A stretch of 64,000 nucleotides of DNA, from the NCBI GenBank assembly GCA_964016885.1, contig OZ024753.1, positions 40,920,001 to 40,984,000 on the forward strand, written 5' to 3'. The DNA comes from Eledone cirrhosa. Taxonomy: Eukaryota. The notes below the pieces were generated by a model. It did not search any database and was not told the DNA's origin. It saw only the letters and a program-made list of their open reading frames with translations. Shown here piece after piece: positions 13,893 through 29,783 of this stretch; within the stretch, counting starts at the first letter, position 1; each line of letters begins with the position of its first letter. The translations under genes and the position numbers were made by a program.

Positions 13893-14844
13893 CATGTGTA
13901 GTGTGCATCTTGATATTATACGCACGTATATATACATGTAGATATGATACATCAAATAAAATCGTAATTGACAATATATACAGAAATTGAACACTGTCTT
14001 ATGTAATCAGTAACGTAATCCATGATAAATTTAAAAAAGACAATGTTATATATAAACTGCATTAGGAGAAAATTAGTGACAGAAATATATGAATGTTTAT
14101 TTAAGTGATCGCCACCGGAACTGTTGACATTTGAAAATTTTAAAGAAGTGAATCTTTAAATAAGCTATAAAATATATTTAATCAACAGTTACGAAATGTA
14201 GTAGATAAATTATGTAATATTCATTCATTATTTATTCAAAGTAATCCAACTTATTTTACTAACTTGATTAAAAGAAATAAACCGTACGCAGGCCCTCACT
14301 CCTTACTTTATTATAGTTTAGATATTAACATGCCATGAAATCAAATTTAAGGTTTGAGACAATACGTTACGCAAATATTTTAGCGCCTTGTCCGTATAAC
14401 ATTGCAGTCCAAATCGTAAAGGCACAGAGCTAATCTGTTCCCTATCATACGGCCGTGTGTTCGATTCTCGGCAGCACGATGTTTCCTCAAGCAAGAAAGC
14501 TTATTTTACGCTGATCCAGTCCTCTCAGCAGGCGACGTTGAACCTCACTCTTTTCATTCAATATATTCTCTTTGTCTAATCTAGTGAATGGGCCTTCTCT
14601 ATATATATCAGCCTGTAGGTTGAGGAAAAAGAGGAGGAGAGGAAAGGAGTACAACTTTTCGTACTCCTGGAGATGAGGGTTGCACATTTTTTCGGGGGGT
14701 ATGTGTTACCCATATGTAATGTCTCTCCCTGTTGGGGAAAATCGATTAACTTTTAAATTGTATTTGTAATAGTATTTTACACGTTTTTTATTGTATGTAA
14801 ACTTCCCCCTTTGTATTTGTCCCCTTCTTTTGTGCCCCTTTTCC

Positions 14845-14918
<74 letters not shown>

Positions 14919-15430
14919 TATGTGTGTGTGTATGTGTGTGTATGTGTATGTATATATCATATATATATATATATATATCATATATATATATATATATATA
15001 TACATACATACATACACGCAAAGTAAAGGTTTTATAAAATAGATGAGATAGATGCGCTGTACGTAAGAAAACATGAGTCACGGTAAAAAGACAGTTTATT
15101 GTACATAGGAAACTTCAACAGTATAAACATGAAGAACTCTTCTGTGAAAGACTCGTGGGAAATCACAATAACCCAATATGCAATTATCTGACTTTCTTAC
15201 TATTTGCCGCTGCCATATATTAATCCTAATCAAACAGTTGGATGTTTTTTGAGGTTTCACAAATTAGAAGATGGCAAAATGGCTTTGGCTGGGTTTAATT
15301 GTTGGTGTTGTTGTTGTTGTTGTTGTTGTTTTGTTTTTTTTTGTTGCTGTTTTTGTTGATTTGTTTTTAATTTTTGTCATCAGTAACAAATAATGTTGTT
15401 TGGCGCACTTGAATCTTGGTAATAACATTG

Positions 15431-15474
<44 letters not shown>

Positions 15475-15912
15475 ACTGGTAGTGATGATGTTGATGAAGA
15501 TGATGGTGGTGGTGGTGGTGGTGGTGGTAGGGATGATGAAGATGGTGATCATTATGAAGAAGAAGAAGAAGAAGAAGAAGAAGAAGAAGAAGAAGAAGAA
15601 GAAGAAGAAGAAGAAGAAGAAGAAGAAGAAGAAGCGAAAGAAAAAAAATAAATATAAGGATGAGGTAGATGTCATCCTGATGAAGATGATGATGATGATG
15701 ATGATGGTGATGGTCGTTGTGATGTTGCTGATGATGAAAATGAAGTTGATGATGACGACGGTGCTGGTGGTGGTGGAGGTGGTGGTGGTGGTGGTGGTGG
15801 TGGTGGTGGTGGTGGTGGTGGTGGTGGTGGTGGTGGTGGTGGTGGTGGCGATGACGGCAATAATGGGGAGGAGGAGGGCGATGACGATACCGATTGTGAT
15901 GATGATGATGAC

Positions 15913-15948
<36 letters not shown>

Positions 15949-16127
15949 ATCGATTATGATGATGACGATGGCGATGACAACGTTTCAAGAGAGAGAGAGA
16001 GAGTGGAATTTGAACGTAGATCTCAAGGAACCAGTACAGATAACAATACTACAAATCATGTTGTGTGCTGGCTTATAATCTATTATTGAATAACAGATTC
16101 GAGCTCAGCACACAATACGACATAAAA

Positions 16128-16171
<44 letters not shown>

Positions 16172-16544
16172 ACACACACACATGCATACACACACACACA
16201 CACACACACAAGCACACACGCACAACCTAAACAACATCCCATACAAGAAAATTGACGTCATCCTCCTGCTTCTTGTGAATAACAAAGTAAACATCGAACA
16301 ACTCTAGAAAGCCCTTTATAAAATTTAGATCTAAATTTGCCCCCAAAGAGAACAAAGCGGAACATTTTTCTTTGAGAGTTGCTTATATACTCTGAAGAAG
16401 GGGATTTAAGACCCGAAATATTAGGACGAAAGAAACAACGGCAACAACAACAAAAAACAGACAAGGATTACCAGGTTACTGATTTATTTGTTACCAACAA
16501 CTTACAGTTCATTTGGTATTGTTTAGCCTTATATCACTTTCCAC

Positions 16545-16588
<44 letters not shown>

Positions 16589-16599
16589 TACATATATAT

Positions 16600-16664
<65 letters not shown>

Positions 16665-16702
16665 ATATTAACAAATGGAAACTATATTTATAAAACCATA
16701 TT

Positions 16703-16768
16703 TATTTCATTATATATATTTCAATGGCCACCTGAGCAAACTATGGTGCGCTTTCATCAGATAAAATA
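16703..16768 (-). ncRNA. Type I minimal hammerhead ribozyme (family H; element about 16662-16860)
   Basis: Minus strand: TATTTTAT-CTGATGA-AAGCGCACC..GGTGGCCATT-GAAA-TATATA-TA-ATGAAATA; 8-bp stem I. Confidence 0.7.
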
Positions 16769-16859
16769 TAATATACCTTAGTTTTATAAATAAATATTGA
16801 CATACCCTTAAAAAATGCAACCATTCTGGTTGGAATCTCAACAAATTAAATATAACCTC

Positions 16860-16940
<81 letters not shown>

Positions 16941-17140
16941 TAATCTACAGAGGTTGGAAACTTCTTCAGCCTTTTCGGATTATTGTTGGACCAAGGATAT
17001 TGATTAGCATTGAGATTCTATAATCTTTACCAGGATATATATTGGTAAACTCTGATATAACCTAACATATACTTTATATATATATATATGTATATATGTG
17101 TGTGTGTGTATATATGTGTGTGTGTGTGTATATATATATA

Positions 17141-17187
<47 letters not shown>

Positions 17188-17228
17188 GTGCGTGTGCGTT
17201 TATATATATATATATATATGTGTATGTA

Positions 17229-17276
<48 letters not shown>

Positions 17277-17378
17277 AGGATATATATTGGTAAACTCTGA
17301 TATAACCTAACATATACTTTATATATATATATATGTATATGTGTGTGGTGTGTGTGCGTGTGTGTGCGTGTATATGTG

Positions 17379-17409
<31 letters not shown>

Positions 17410-17472
17410 ATATGTGTGTGCATATATATATATATATATGTGTGTGTGCGTTTATATATATATATATATGTG

Positions 17473-17510
<38 letters not shown>

Positions 17511-17569
17511 AATATATATATATACATATATATATGTACATATGTGTATGTATATAGTATATACATATA

Positions 17570-17628
<59 letters not shown>

Positions 17629-18063
17629 TGTGTGTGTATCTGTGTGGGTGCGTGAATGTACGTGTGTTTAAGTGTATGCGTGCGTTTGTGTGTGTGTGTG
17701 AGTAAAAGTGTGTATATTTACGTTTATATGGATTTAAGTAAGTGAAAGAAGAGGTTGTTTCTGATATGAATCTATTGAATACGGTGTAAAGCTAAAATAT
17801 GTCGTCGTTACTCTGGAGGGTTGGGAGATGATGGCATATCATAAATTATACTTTGTTATGTTCAATGAGGTAAGCCACATCATAGACATACTTATATTCT
17901 CCCTGCTCCTCCCAACTTATTCTCTCACTCTCTATCACAATCACTCACGCTCCATGTTTTTGAATATGCATGCAGACATATGTAAAAAATATGCATTATG
18001 TATATATATATATATACGACGAGTGTGTTTAACTCTAACACACTCAAGTATTTTGATCTTATA

Positions 18064-18112
<49 letters not shown>

Positions 18113-18150
18113 TACCCACATACGGACACGCACGCGCACATAACATACAT

Positions 18151-18223
<73 letters not shown>

Positions 18224-18357
18224 ACGTATGTATGTAAGTATCAATGTACGTACACTGACACACACCTAATCACATGTATGTATATATGAATGTATATTAT
18301 GTATGTTTTTGTATGTATATGTGTGTTGAGGATAATAGATATATGTTGGTATGCATT

Positions 18358-18426
<69 letters not shown>

Positions 18427-18527
18427 GAGGGGAGGGTATGTATATATGCATGTATGTAATATATTATATATTATGTATATATTAAAATATATGTATTATG
18501 TATATATTATATATTACATACACAGAA

Positions 18528-18580
<53 letters not shown>

Positions 18581-18739
18581 TATATATATATACATATATA
18601 TATAAGGAATCATGGATAAAATCGAAAGGAAATTTTACAAAAAAAAAGAGGCTTTTTTCACACAGTTAGATGTAGCAACATTAATCATTGAAGTAATAAG
18701 AACAACAACAATAACAACAACAACAACAACAACAACAAC

Positions 18740-18770
<31 letters not shown>

Positions 18771-19190
18771 GTAATAACAATAATGATAATAATAATAATA
18801 ACGGTGATCATAATGGCGATAGGAATAATGTCTTTGGGGATTTAATCAATTGAGTTTCTGCAAGAACATTAATAATCCATTTTTTACCCATCTTTGACAC
18901 ATGGAACGAATTTTATGCACATATATGAACAGACACACATATAGAGACAGGCGCACACTTATAGACGAAACACGTGTACGTAAACGCACACACAAACACA
19001 TGTATACAAATGTAGAAAGCACACAAACAAACAAACCCATTGAAAATCAAACAACATTGCATGGGTTTATTAACAGATAAGGGAATATTTAGGTTTTAAC
19101 AAGCTAAAAGCTATGTAGAACAACACTTCTAATCTAACAAGAAAAACCCAGCGGAAGCATCATATATATGCATATATATATATATATATA

Positions 19191-19516
<326 letters not shown>

Positions 19517-19723
19517 TATATATATAGAAAGAGAATTGAGGTGGTAAACAAATTAGACCATAACTCACCAGAGTACTCAATACTTGGGGTAGTAGAGTTG
19601 GTAATATGAACGATTTGGGACCCCAGCGGCTGAGCCCCGGCCGTTTCAATAGCTAGATCCGAACTTTTCATACATATATATATATGTATATATATACACA
19701 CACACACGCACACATACACACAC

Positions 19724-19809
<86 letters not shown>

Positions 19810-19914
19810 GCACATATATGCACACGTATATGCACACTTATATATAAATATATGCACATAGGCGCACACACAAATACACACACAAATATACGCGCATACA
19901 TCTTTCTCCTTCTA

Positions 19915-19950
19915 TTCTCTGATGAAGGACTAGCGTCCGAAACGTTAAGA
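19915..19950 (+). ncRNA. Minimal hammerhead ribozyme motif (short stem II family)
   Basis: CTGATGA-A-GGAC-TAGC-GTCC-GAAA-CGTT; AACGTT palindrome; homologue at 28903-28938 (minus). Confidence 0.65.
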
Positions 19951-20467
19951 CTGCTTTCCTATTTTGTATCAGTATGTATGTGTGTATATTTACACACACA
20001 CATGTACACAAGTACACATATATAGTCACACATTCACACAAACACAGACACACGTGGCATATGCGTAATATCTATCTATCTTTGTATTAATGGCCATTAG
20101 ACAAAATATTTCATACAAAATATATTTTATACAGATATATATGATATATATCGTCTCTTTCCTGCAGTACACGAAGCATGTTGATTTAATTATCAATATA
20201 TCATTTTTTTTTTTTTAGTTTCAGCAGCAGATAAACAATGAAACAAGTGATAAAAGAAACAATATCGATACAGAAATGTAAATTAGAAACTAATAGAATG
20301 TAGAAATTGCTTTTAATCTGATCCAAGGCTTTTTCCTTCTTAGGTGTTAATACTTTGATATTAATCAATGGCGCCCGTTCTTGTCAACCGAACGTTATTA
20401 ATGTATGTATGATAGATGTATGACCATAGAGTTCATCTTGTTGGCATATGATTCCACATACATAGAA

Positions 20468-20514
<47 letters not shown>

Positions 20515-20624
20515 AAAAGTTATGAAACGAAAGGAGCTGTGTGGTTACTAAAAACAAGGTTTTAGGATGACGGTTAGGACGGAACAAGAGGAGAAAGGAA
20601 GCAAGGAGTTTCCATCGTCAGCTG

Positions 20625-20673
<49 letters not shown>

Positions 20674-20674
20674 A

Positions 20675-20760
<86 letters not shown>

Positions 20761-20790
20761 ATATATATATATATATTGTTATACTTTCTA

Positions 20791-20823
<33 letters not shown>

Positions 20824-21049
20824 AGAAAGTGAGGTTTTTTTTACAAAATGTGTCCTACACGAGTGAAAGTGTAAAGAAAAAAAGATGAAATCGAAAATGC
20901 AACTGGAGTCTTATTTTAAAAAAAATATATATATTTATTTGGTTCCTTTACCGGTTTCGCATATACATACATATGTATTTTTTTATATGTCTATTTGTAT
21001 GTATATATATGCAAACATACATACATATATACGTATATATATATGTGTG

Positions 21050-21196
21050 TAACGAAGGAAGTGTGGTAAGGAAGCAGGTGGACCATAACGCACCAGAGTA
21101 CTCGATACTTTGGGTAGTAGAGTGAGTAATATGAAAAGAGTTCAGAACTAGCTGTCGAAACGGCCGGAGCTCAGCCGTCGGGGTCCTGACTCTTTT

Positions 21197-21200
<4 letters not shown>
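21050..21200 (-). mobile_element. Family A copy with inverted segment
   Basis: AACGAAGGAAGTGTGGTAAGG..., then inverted GCTGTCGAAACGGCCGG...TTTTCCTA(TA)n. Confidence 0.7.
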
Positions 21201-21268
<68 letters not shown>

Positions 21269-21273
<5 letters not shown>

Positions 21274-21350
21274 TAATATAACAGATTAAAGTTTAAGCAA
21301 AGAATCGCTGCTTTCACCCTTAACGGGATCTTCTGAAACTAACAAAGTCA
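21269..21350 (-). mobile_element. TA-flanked repeat family C with degenerate hammerhead-like core
   Basis: Also at 34438-34575, 26752-26815 and 49039-49071; minus strand CAGAAGA-TCCC-GTTAA-GGGT-GAAA. Confidence 0.55.
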
Positions 21351-21774
21351 ATCTGTAAACGCAGAACTGGATATTTCAAAGGTTATCATATACATAAAAT
21401 TAAATTAAATATATATATATATATGTGTGTGTGTGTGTATTGTGTGTCTGCATGTGTATGTATGTGTATGTGTTAACATATATGTGTAACAACAGGTAAT
21501 GTAATAACTATCTATACGTCACTCTAAAGTAACATGAATCAACATGCTAAGTCATGTATGATTCCAACTCAATAATTTTAATTGTCTCTTTTTTCATTCT
21601 TTATTTCTTCTTTATTTCTTCTTCTTGCTGTTGTTAAGGGTGTTGCTTATGATATTGTTATTGTCATTGTTGTCTTGGCTATTATTGTTGTTGTCCTAGT
21701 CTCGTTAGCTGTTTGGTATTTTTCTGACTCTATGTAAGAGAAGTCTTTTAAGTCTACTGAAGATAGATTAAGTT

Positions 21775-21925
21775 AGAGTCCTCAAACACTTTAAGATTCT
21801 CAAACACTCTACGGTCCTCAAACAAGTTAGGACTCACCAAAACGTTAAGGCTCTCAACCACGTTAGGGCTCTCAAAACACGTTAGGGCTCTGAAACATAT
21901 TAGGGTCCTCAAGCATTAAGACCCC
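21775..21925. repeat. Degenerate ~19-bp tandem repeat with TTAGGG-like cores
   Basis: About 8 units resembling CTCAAAACACGTTAGGGCT. Confidence 0.65.
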
Positions 21926-22216
21926 CACTCTGTTCGCTATGATCAGAGTAGCTATCATCGCCATAGTAGTATAGTGGCATCTATGGAAATATAATGTGGA
22001 TCTCCAATACAGTAACCCAACAAACCCAACAAGGCTTTACATTCACAAGCCTACCATTCGGGGATCGTCTGCCATTCGGGGATCGGCAACCACGTGATTT
22101 AACATCAACGTTGGATGAGTTGCATAACGTAGAGTGCTTTTTTCCTACTATTACACTATGGTTAATTAAACGGAATGACCAGTTCTATCTAGTGGTGAAC
22201 CAACAAACATAAATGA

Positions 22217-22248
<32 letters not shown>

Positions 22249-22259
22249 ATATATATATG

Positions 22260-22372
<113 letters not shown>

Positions 22373-22431
22373 GCTGACATTTATCGTAACGAAATATGCA
22401 TGGTTATTTTACTGACAATTTTGTAACATTG

Positions 22432-22534
<103 letters not shown>

Positions 22535-22536
22535 TA

Positions 22537-22587
<51 letters not shown>

Positions 22588-22950
22588 GGGGGGGTGAGCG
22601 TATGGTCCAAACTTCAACATATTAACATATTATGTATGTATGTGGCTATGAATGTAAGCGTATATGCGTATATCTGTGTGTTTTATTGTTTGAATTTTCA
22701 TGTGTTTGTGAGTGTGTATAAGTCTCTGTGCGTCTGGCTGTGTTTGTGAGTTTTCATGTATGTGTGTGTGTGTGTGAGTGTGTGTATAAGTGTGTCTGTG
22801 TGTCTGTCTGCGTGTGTGTATGGAGCTGAGAGAAAGTGAAAATGGAAGATAATACATATTTAGAATATAGAGGTAGGTGAGACTGGAATGAAAGCCGGAA
22901 AAATAACTGAGGGTAAGACTCGGAATGGAAAAGCGAGAGAGAGTATGTGT

Positions 22951-23560
22951 GTGAGAGAGGGTGCGTGTGTGAGAGAGAGGGTACGTGTGTGAGAGAGAGG
23001 GTGCGTGTGTGAGAGAGAGGGTGCGTGTGTGAGAGAGAAGGTGCGTGTGTGAGAGAGAGGGTGCGTGTGTGAGAGAGAGGGTGCGTGTGTGAGAGAGAGG
23101 GTGCGTGTGTGAGAGAGAGGGTGCGTGTGTGAGAGAGACGGTGCGTGTGTGAGAGAGGGGGTGCGTGTGTGAGAGAGAGGGTGCATGTGTGAGAGAGAGG
23201 GTGCATGTGTGAGAGAGAGGGTGCGTGTGTGAGAGAGAGGGTGCGTGTGTGAGAGAAAGGGTGCGTGTGTGAGAGAGAGGGTGCGTGTGTGAGAGAGAGG
23301 GTGCGTGTGTGACAGAGAGGGTGCGTGTGTGAGAGAGAGGGTGCGTGTGTGACAGAGAGGGTGCGTGTGTGAGAGAGAGAGTGCGTGTGTGAGAGAGAGG
23401 GTGCGTGTGTGAGAGAGAGGGTGCGTGTGTGAGAGAGAGGGTGCATGTGTAACAGAGAGGGTGCGTGTGTGAGAGGGAGGGTGCGTGTGTGAGAGAAAGT
23501 GTGCGTGTGTGAGAGAGAGGGTGCGTGTGTGAGAGAGAGGGTGCGTGTGTGAGAGAGAGA
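22951..23560. repeat. 20-bp minisatellite, about 30 copies
   Basis: Unit GAGAGAGAGGGTGCGTGTGT. Confidence 0.95.
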
Positions 23561-24571
23561 GAAGAGTGTGAGAGAGAGGAAACACATGCATATACACACA
23601 CACATACACGCGTATGTACAAGCACACATAGACACACATATGAATAGACAAATAGAGGATAAAACACACACACAAGCATGCACACACAGACACACACACA
23701 GACGCACACAGACACACCCACAGCCCCCACCACAAACACACACACAGCCACACACACACACAGCCACAGACACACAGTCACACACACACACACACAGTCA
23801 CACACACAGACACACACAGACACACACAGACCCCCCCCCCCCACACACACAGCCACTCACACACACACACACAGCCACACACACACAGTCACACACACAC
23901 ACATACACACACACAGCCACACACACACACACAGTCACACACACAGACACACACACAGCCCCCCCATACACACACACAGCCACACACACACACACACACA
24001 CACAGCCACACAGCCATACACACACATACAGCCACACACACACACACACACACACACACAGTCACACACTGCCACACACACACACACAGACACACACACA
24101 GCCAAGAGAGCATAGAAGGAAGAAAGAAGGTGTGTGCACATTTCCTTATCTGTGTGTTCGAGTATAAATATATTTATACATGTATGTATGTGATGGTCTT
24201 CTTTTACGTTAGAGCTTCGGAATATCAGACAAGTGTTAAAGGAAAGAGGGAGAAAGGGGGGGTGAGGGATGGAGGGAGGAGAGGTGTTATGGTAGTAGCT
24301 GTAGCACCAATGCAGTGGCATTACATAGCAGTGTATGCAGAGAAAGTAAGGAAGCAAGAGGGTGGGATTTGTGGGTGTGGATTACAAGATGTCGTGTCAC
24401 GATGAAAATTTTAGCCACGCCCACCTTTTATCACCGACCTAGCTCTGTTACATTCCACGAATGTAATCCATATGGAAAGAAGCTCCGGTCTTCCAGCATC
24501 GGTGGTTTCTTCATATACATCTACATAGAAATATGTATATGTTTACTTATGTATATATATATATAGATATG

Positions 24572-24608
<37 letters not shown>

Positions 24609-24631
24609 GTATGTATATATATATATATATG

Positions 24632-24667
<36 letters not shown>

Positions 24668-24772
24668 TATCTATAGTGTGTATCTATATATATATATGTA
24701 TATATACATACATATACATACATATATATATATATTTATATATATATATATTTATATATATATATATTTATA

Positions 24773-24845
<73 letters not shown>

Positions 24846-25032
24846 TTGCTTATATATATATATATATATATATACACAATCACACACATGTACACATATA
24901 TATATATACCTATATATATATATGTGTGTGTGTATAAAGAAAAATATTTATATATCTGCGTGTATGTGTGCCTCTCTCTCTACATATATATATATATCTC
25001 TCTCTATATATATATATATATATATGTGTGTG

Positions 25033-25102
<70 letters not shown>

Positions 25103-25105
25103 TAC

Positions 25106-25136
<31 letters not shown>

Positions 25137-25145
25137 CATACATAA

Positions 25146-25226
<81 letters not shown>

Positions 25227-25239
25227 CATATATACATAT

Positions 25240-25348
<109 letters not shown>

Positions 25349-25830
25349 CAGACAGGGTGAGATAGAAGAGAGACGGAGAGAAAAAGAAACAGAGAGATCG
25401 TTGCACGCACATAAACACATAAACACATAAACACATATACACATAAACACATATACACATATACACATATACACATATATACATATACACATATGCAAAC
25501 ATACATACATACATACATCAATCCATCCATCAACTAACGCCTCCATACACACACATAAATCCATACATATATACCTACATATATACACACATATATACAT
25601 ATATACATACATATATATGTATATATATACATATGTACATGCAATAGTGTATATTACTACTACCTGCCTACAATACTGGACTTACAGACGACCTATATAC
25701 TTCATTTAACTTTCCATTGTAGAAACATGTAGAGTGATAATCAATATATCTCTAGCGTAGATCTATATATACATCATATATATACATATACATACATACA
25801 TATATATATATAATATATGATTTATATATA

Positions 25831-25870
<40 letters not shown>

Positions 25871-25874
<4 letters not shown>

Positions 25875-26051
25875 AAAAAATATGAGCCCGACGGCAGAGC
25901 TCAAGCCGTTTCGACGTTTCCAGAAATAGCCGTCGAAACGGCTTGAGCTCTGCCGTCGGGGTCATACCTTTTCCTAATTCCCACTCTACTATCCTAAGTA
26001 TTGAGTAGTCTGGTGCGTTATGGTCCATCTTGTTCCTTACCACAATTCCTT

Positions 26052-26058
<7 letters not shown>
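25871..26058 (+). mobile_element. Family A copy with fold-back
   Basis: (TA)nGGAAAA...GCCGTTTCGAC / AATAGCCGTCGAAACGGC...CCTTACCAC...(TA)n. Confidence 0.7.
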
Positions 26059-26120
<62 letters not shown>

Positions 26121-26274
26121 GATATATACATTCATATATATATATATATATATATATATACTAGTATATATATACATAATTGTAGGTGTGCATACATGTA
26201 GATGTGTATATATATGTCTATAAAGAACATGTATGTATATATATATGTGTGTGTATATATATATGTGTGTGTGA

Positions 26275-26336
<62 letters not shown>

Positions 26337-26590
26337 ACATATGTATAGGCTTATATGTACATCTGTGCATGTAGGGATTCATATTTATATTTACAAATAT
26401 ACATACATGCTTACATTTATATATTCATACAGATATATATCCCTCCATATATATACAAGTCTCCTTACTATAAAAACATGGATTTGTAGTTTTGTGTGTA
26501 AATTATATGATGTATATATTTCCACGAAGCGTGAAACTAATATAACTGTGTAAAAATTGCGTTATCTGTTTTGTTTGTCCAATTTTCAAC

Positions 26591-26707
<117 letters not shown>

Positions 26708-26713
26708 ATAATA

Positions 26714-26746
<33 letters not shown>

Positions 26747-27089
26747 ATAATAATAATAAATTTGAAGACTAAAATCCAAAGCGATTCTTTGCTTAAACTT
26801 TAATCTGTAATTTTTATATATATATATATATATATATACACATGCAAGAGTATTAAATCCCAACATTCTACTCCGTACTTAAAGAAGGTGATATGTAGAT
26901 ATTATAAAATATGTGAGCTACATAACATATATATAGTAATAATATATGAGTTGCATAACATATATACATATATACATATATACATATATAATATATATAA
27001 TGGAAAAATTTGAATAGGAACAAAACAGAGAGGCAGTACAACGAATGTTTATTAATTTCACGCTCTGGAGAGTGGGGTGGTGGTGGGGA

Positions 27090-27121
27090 ACGACGTTTCG
27101 GGCATAAGCCCTTCCTCAGGT
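27090..27121 (-). ncRNA. Minimal hammerhead ribozyme in a PLE-like terminal repeat (element about 26998-27215)
   Basis: Minus strand: CTGAGGA-A-GGGC-TTAT-GCCC-GAAA-CG-TC; GUC cleavage triplet; stem I only 2 bp; downstream tail recurs at 51355-51422. Confidence 0.65.
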
Positions 27122-27690
27122 GAGAAGTGTGTGGGAACAGAGTTCAAAGGGTGTGTAGGGGAGTGGTGGAGAGACATATAGCGAAAGGAAACGGTGCGAA
27201 TGAAATTAAAAATAAAAATAAAAATAAAGCATGATCAAAATAAAAGGAATGAAATAAAAATAAATATAAAATATATATACATATATATATAAATATATAC
27301 ATATAAGTGTGCATATGCATTGAATTAAATTAATATCTTTTCCCATATTTTTCACTACAGAAAATAGTTTTATAGATATTAGCTTCTATCTTTTCCATTC
27401 TAGCGGGCTAGAGATCTCGTTATTGTGACACTATTCACTGTAATCCACGGTAAGTTTCTAATACATTTCAAATATATATATTTCACCATCGCATTTTAAC
27501 TTGATTTAAACATGTCATAAAACTAAAAACAGAAACACTAGCTGGCAGGAAATACGGTACAAACCTGATATATAACAAACCCCTATTGGTACACAAACCC
27601 CTATGCCCACAAATGTTCACCATCAATCTAATAAACCTACGGATATATCTGGCCCACTAACCAACCACCATGTTATCCTCAGTGTATACT

Positions 27691-28232
27691 GATTTAGGCA
27701 CAAATAGCAATTTTTTTTTGCGGGGGGGGGGGGTAAGCAAATCGATTAAATCGATCCCAGTATGTGATTGGTTCCTTTATTTTATCGACCCTTGTAAGGA
27801 TGAAAAGCAAAGCTAACCTCGACTGTATTTGAACTCAGAACGTAAAAGACATAGCTATATGCTGCAAAGCATATTGTCCGACACTCAACCGATGCTGCTA
27901 ATCTACCGCCATACTTGCATCCTAAATAATTGTTTCTACTTTAGGCACAAGGCCAGCAATTACCCAGTGCATTACTGGTACTTTATTTTATCGACCCAGT
28001 AAGGATGAAACTAAATAATGGGATCTGATTCAGGCACAAGGCCAGTAATGTTTGAGGGGATGAGAAAATCGATTAAATCGATCGCAGTGGGTGATTGGCT
28101 CCTTTATTTTATCGACCCCGTATGGATGAAAGGCAAACCCCAGCTGGATTTGAATTCAGGACGTTAAGGACAGTACTCTATGTCTGGAAGGATAACGTGC
28201 GAAGTCTACCTATTACTGCCAATCCACCGCAT
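27691..28232 (-). mobile_element. Cluster of three tRNA-SINE copies (27691-27911, 27927-28010 partial, 28030-28232)
   Basis: Repeated TTTATTTTATCGACCC..GGATGAAA core and ATTTGAACTC (B box, minus). Confidence 0.8.
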
Positions 28233-28473
28233 GCTAAATATTAGATGATATCAATATTAGGATGAAAGAAAGAGGAACAATACCTTGATCGATTGATACA
28301 AGGATAGACACGCAATCCTGTGATTATTGATTTACTACTGATAAAATATATCTTTCCTCTTCCTCTTGTATCGTTCTGGATTTTTAAGTCGCATGCCCGC
28401 CTTTTGTTTCTTCTTCTGAATACTGTATAGAGTATGTAGCTGTATGTGTGTGTGTTTGTGTGTGGGGAGGGGT

Positions 28474-28581
28474 ATCCCGGGTTCAATCGGGGGTAACCAC
28501 AGTAAGTAATGTACTCAATACATGATGATTTCTCCAGAATGAAACAGTTCTAGTCCTGTAGAAGCCATTTCTATATCAAAT
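28474..28581. mobile_element. TA-flanked repeat family B, two segments in opposite orientation
   Basis: Homologous to 60060-60169 and 60832-61014. Confidence 0.65.
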
Positions 28582-28661
28582 AGATATATATATATATATA
28601 TATATATATAGTAATATTTATATGACTAGGATTCTAGTTACACGTTTTCGACATTCCTTAT

Positions 28662-28706
28662 GCTCCGATGATTCCAGACTTCGCTCTGGAAGAAACAATT
28701 GTCAGT
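28662..28706 (+). ncRNA. Hammerhead ribozyme variant (CCGAUGA core)
   Basis: GCT-CCGATGA-TTCCAGA-CTTCGC-TCTGGAA-GAAA-CAATTG-TC-AGT; perfect 7-bp stem II, palindromic ACAATTGT stem III, GUC site. Confidence 0.65.
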
Positions 28707-28741
28707 TAATAAATGTTCTAAACTAAAATTTGATCGTTTTA

Positions 28742-28856
<115 letters not shown>

Positions 28857-28902
28857 GAATAAGAAATACATTAGTTTAACGCTTGCAATAGCAGGAAGGG
28901 AG

Positions 28903-28938
28903 TCTTAATGTTTCGGACACTAATCCTTCATCAGAAGA
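28903..28938 (-). ncRNA. Minimal hammerhead ribozyme motif
   Basis: Minus strand: TCTT-CTGATGA-A-GGAT-TAGT-GTCC-GAAA-CATT-AAGA; 4-bp stem I. Confidence 0.62.
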
Positions 28939-29278
28939 TAGAGTCAGAAATAGAAGATAAATAGAAAGTAAAGAGTGATGAAAGGAAGGAACGCGGGAAA
29001 TGTATGTATACATACATACAGACAGACAGACACACAGACATATATACATACAGACAAACAGACATATCTGTATATATTAAGTATGGGTGATGTTCCAGTA
29101 CAGAAAAGCAAACGGGGAGCCCATTTCTACAGTCTTAATCGATCCAAATTTTTAGGCAATGCCCTGGAGGTTTCTTTTATGCTACATCATGTCTGATAAA
29201 TACATACATATATATATATATATATATGCTTATATATATATAATATATATATTATATATATATATATGTATATATATG

Positions 29279-29355
<77 letters not shown>

Positions 29356-29357
29356 GC

Positions 29358-29391
<34 letters not shown>

Positions 29392-29467
29392 ATATATATA
29401 TATGCGTACATATACATATACATGCATATATATATATATGTGTGCGTTATTGCATACATATACATAT

Positions 29468-29512
<45 letters not shown>

Positions 29513-29514
29513 TG

Positions 29515-29582
<68 letters not shown>

Positions 29583-29681
29583 CATACATATACACACATA
29601 TATATGTGTGTGTGTGTATATATATATGGTATTATGTGTATACATTCCCGCTTCTTCACACATTACATCTAGTATGTATGT

Positions 29682-29783
29682 ATAATTGTTTCTACTTTAG
29701 GCACAAGGCCAGCATTTATCCCAGTACATTACTGGTACTTTATTTTATCGACCCCGTAAGAATGAAAGCCAAAGTTAACCTCG
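29682..29783 (-). mobile_element. tRNA-SINE, 5'-truncated
   Basis: Same core and tail as 9861-10047. Confidence 0.8.

Noticed and set aside
14400-14480. Possible tRNA (GTTCGATTC B box)
   Set aside because: No clear A box or cloverleaf
20595-20625. CTGACGA-TG-GAAA (minus); similar isolated cores near 35340 and 41464
   Set aside because: Stem II or GAAA missing; truncated relics not counted as ribozymes
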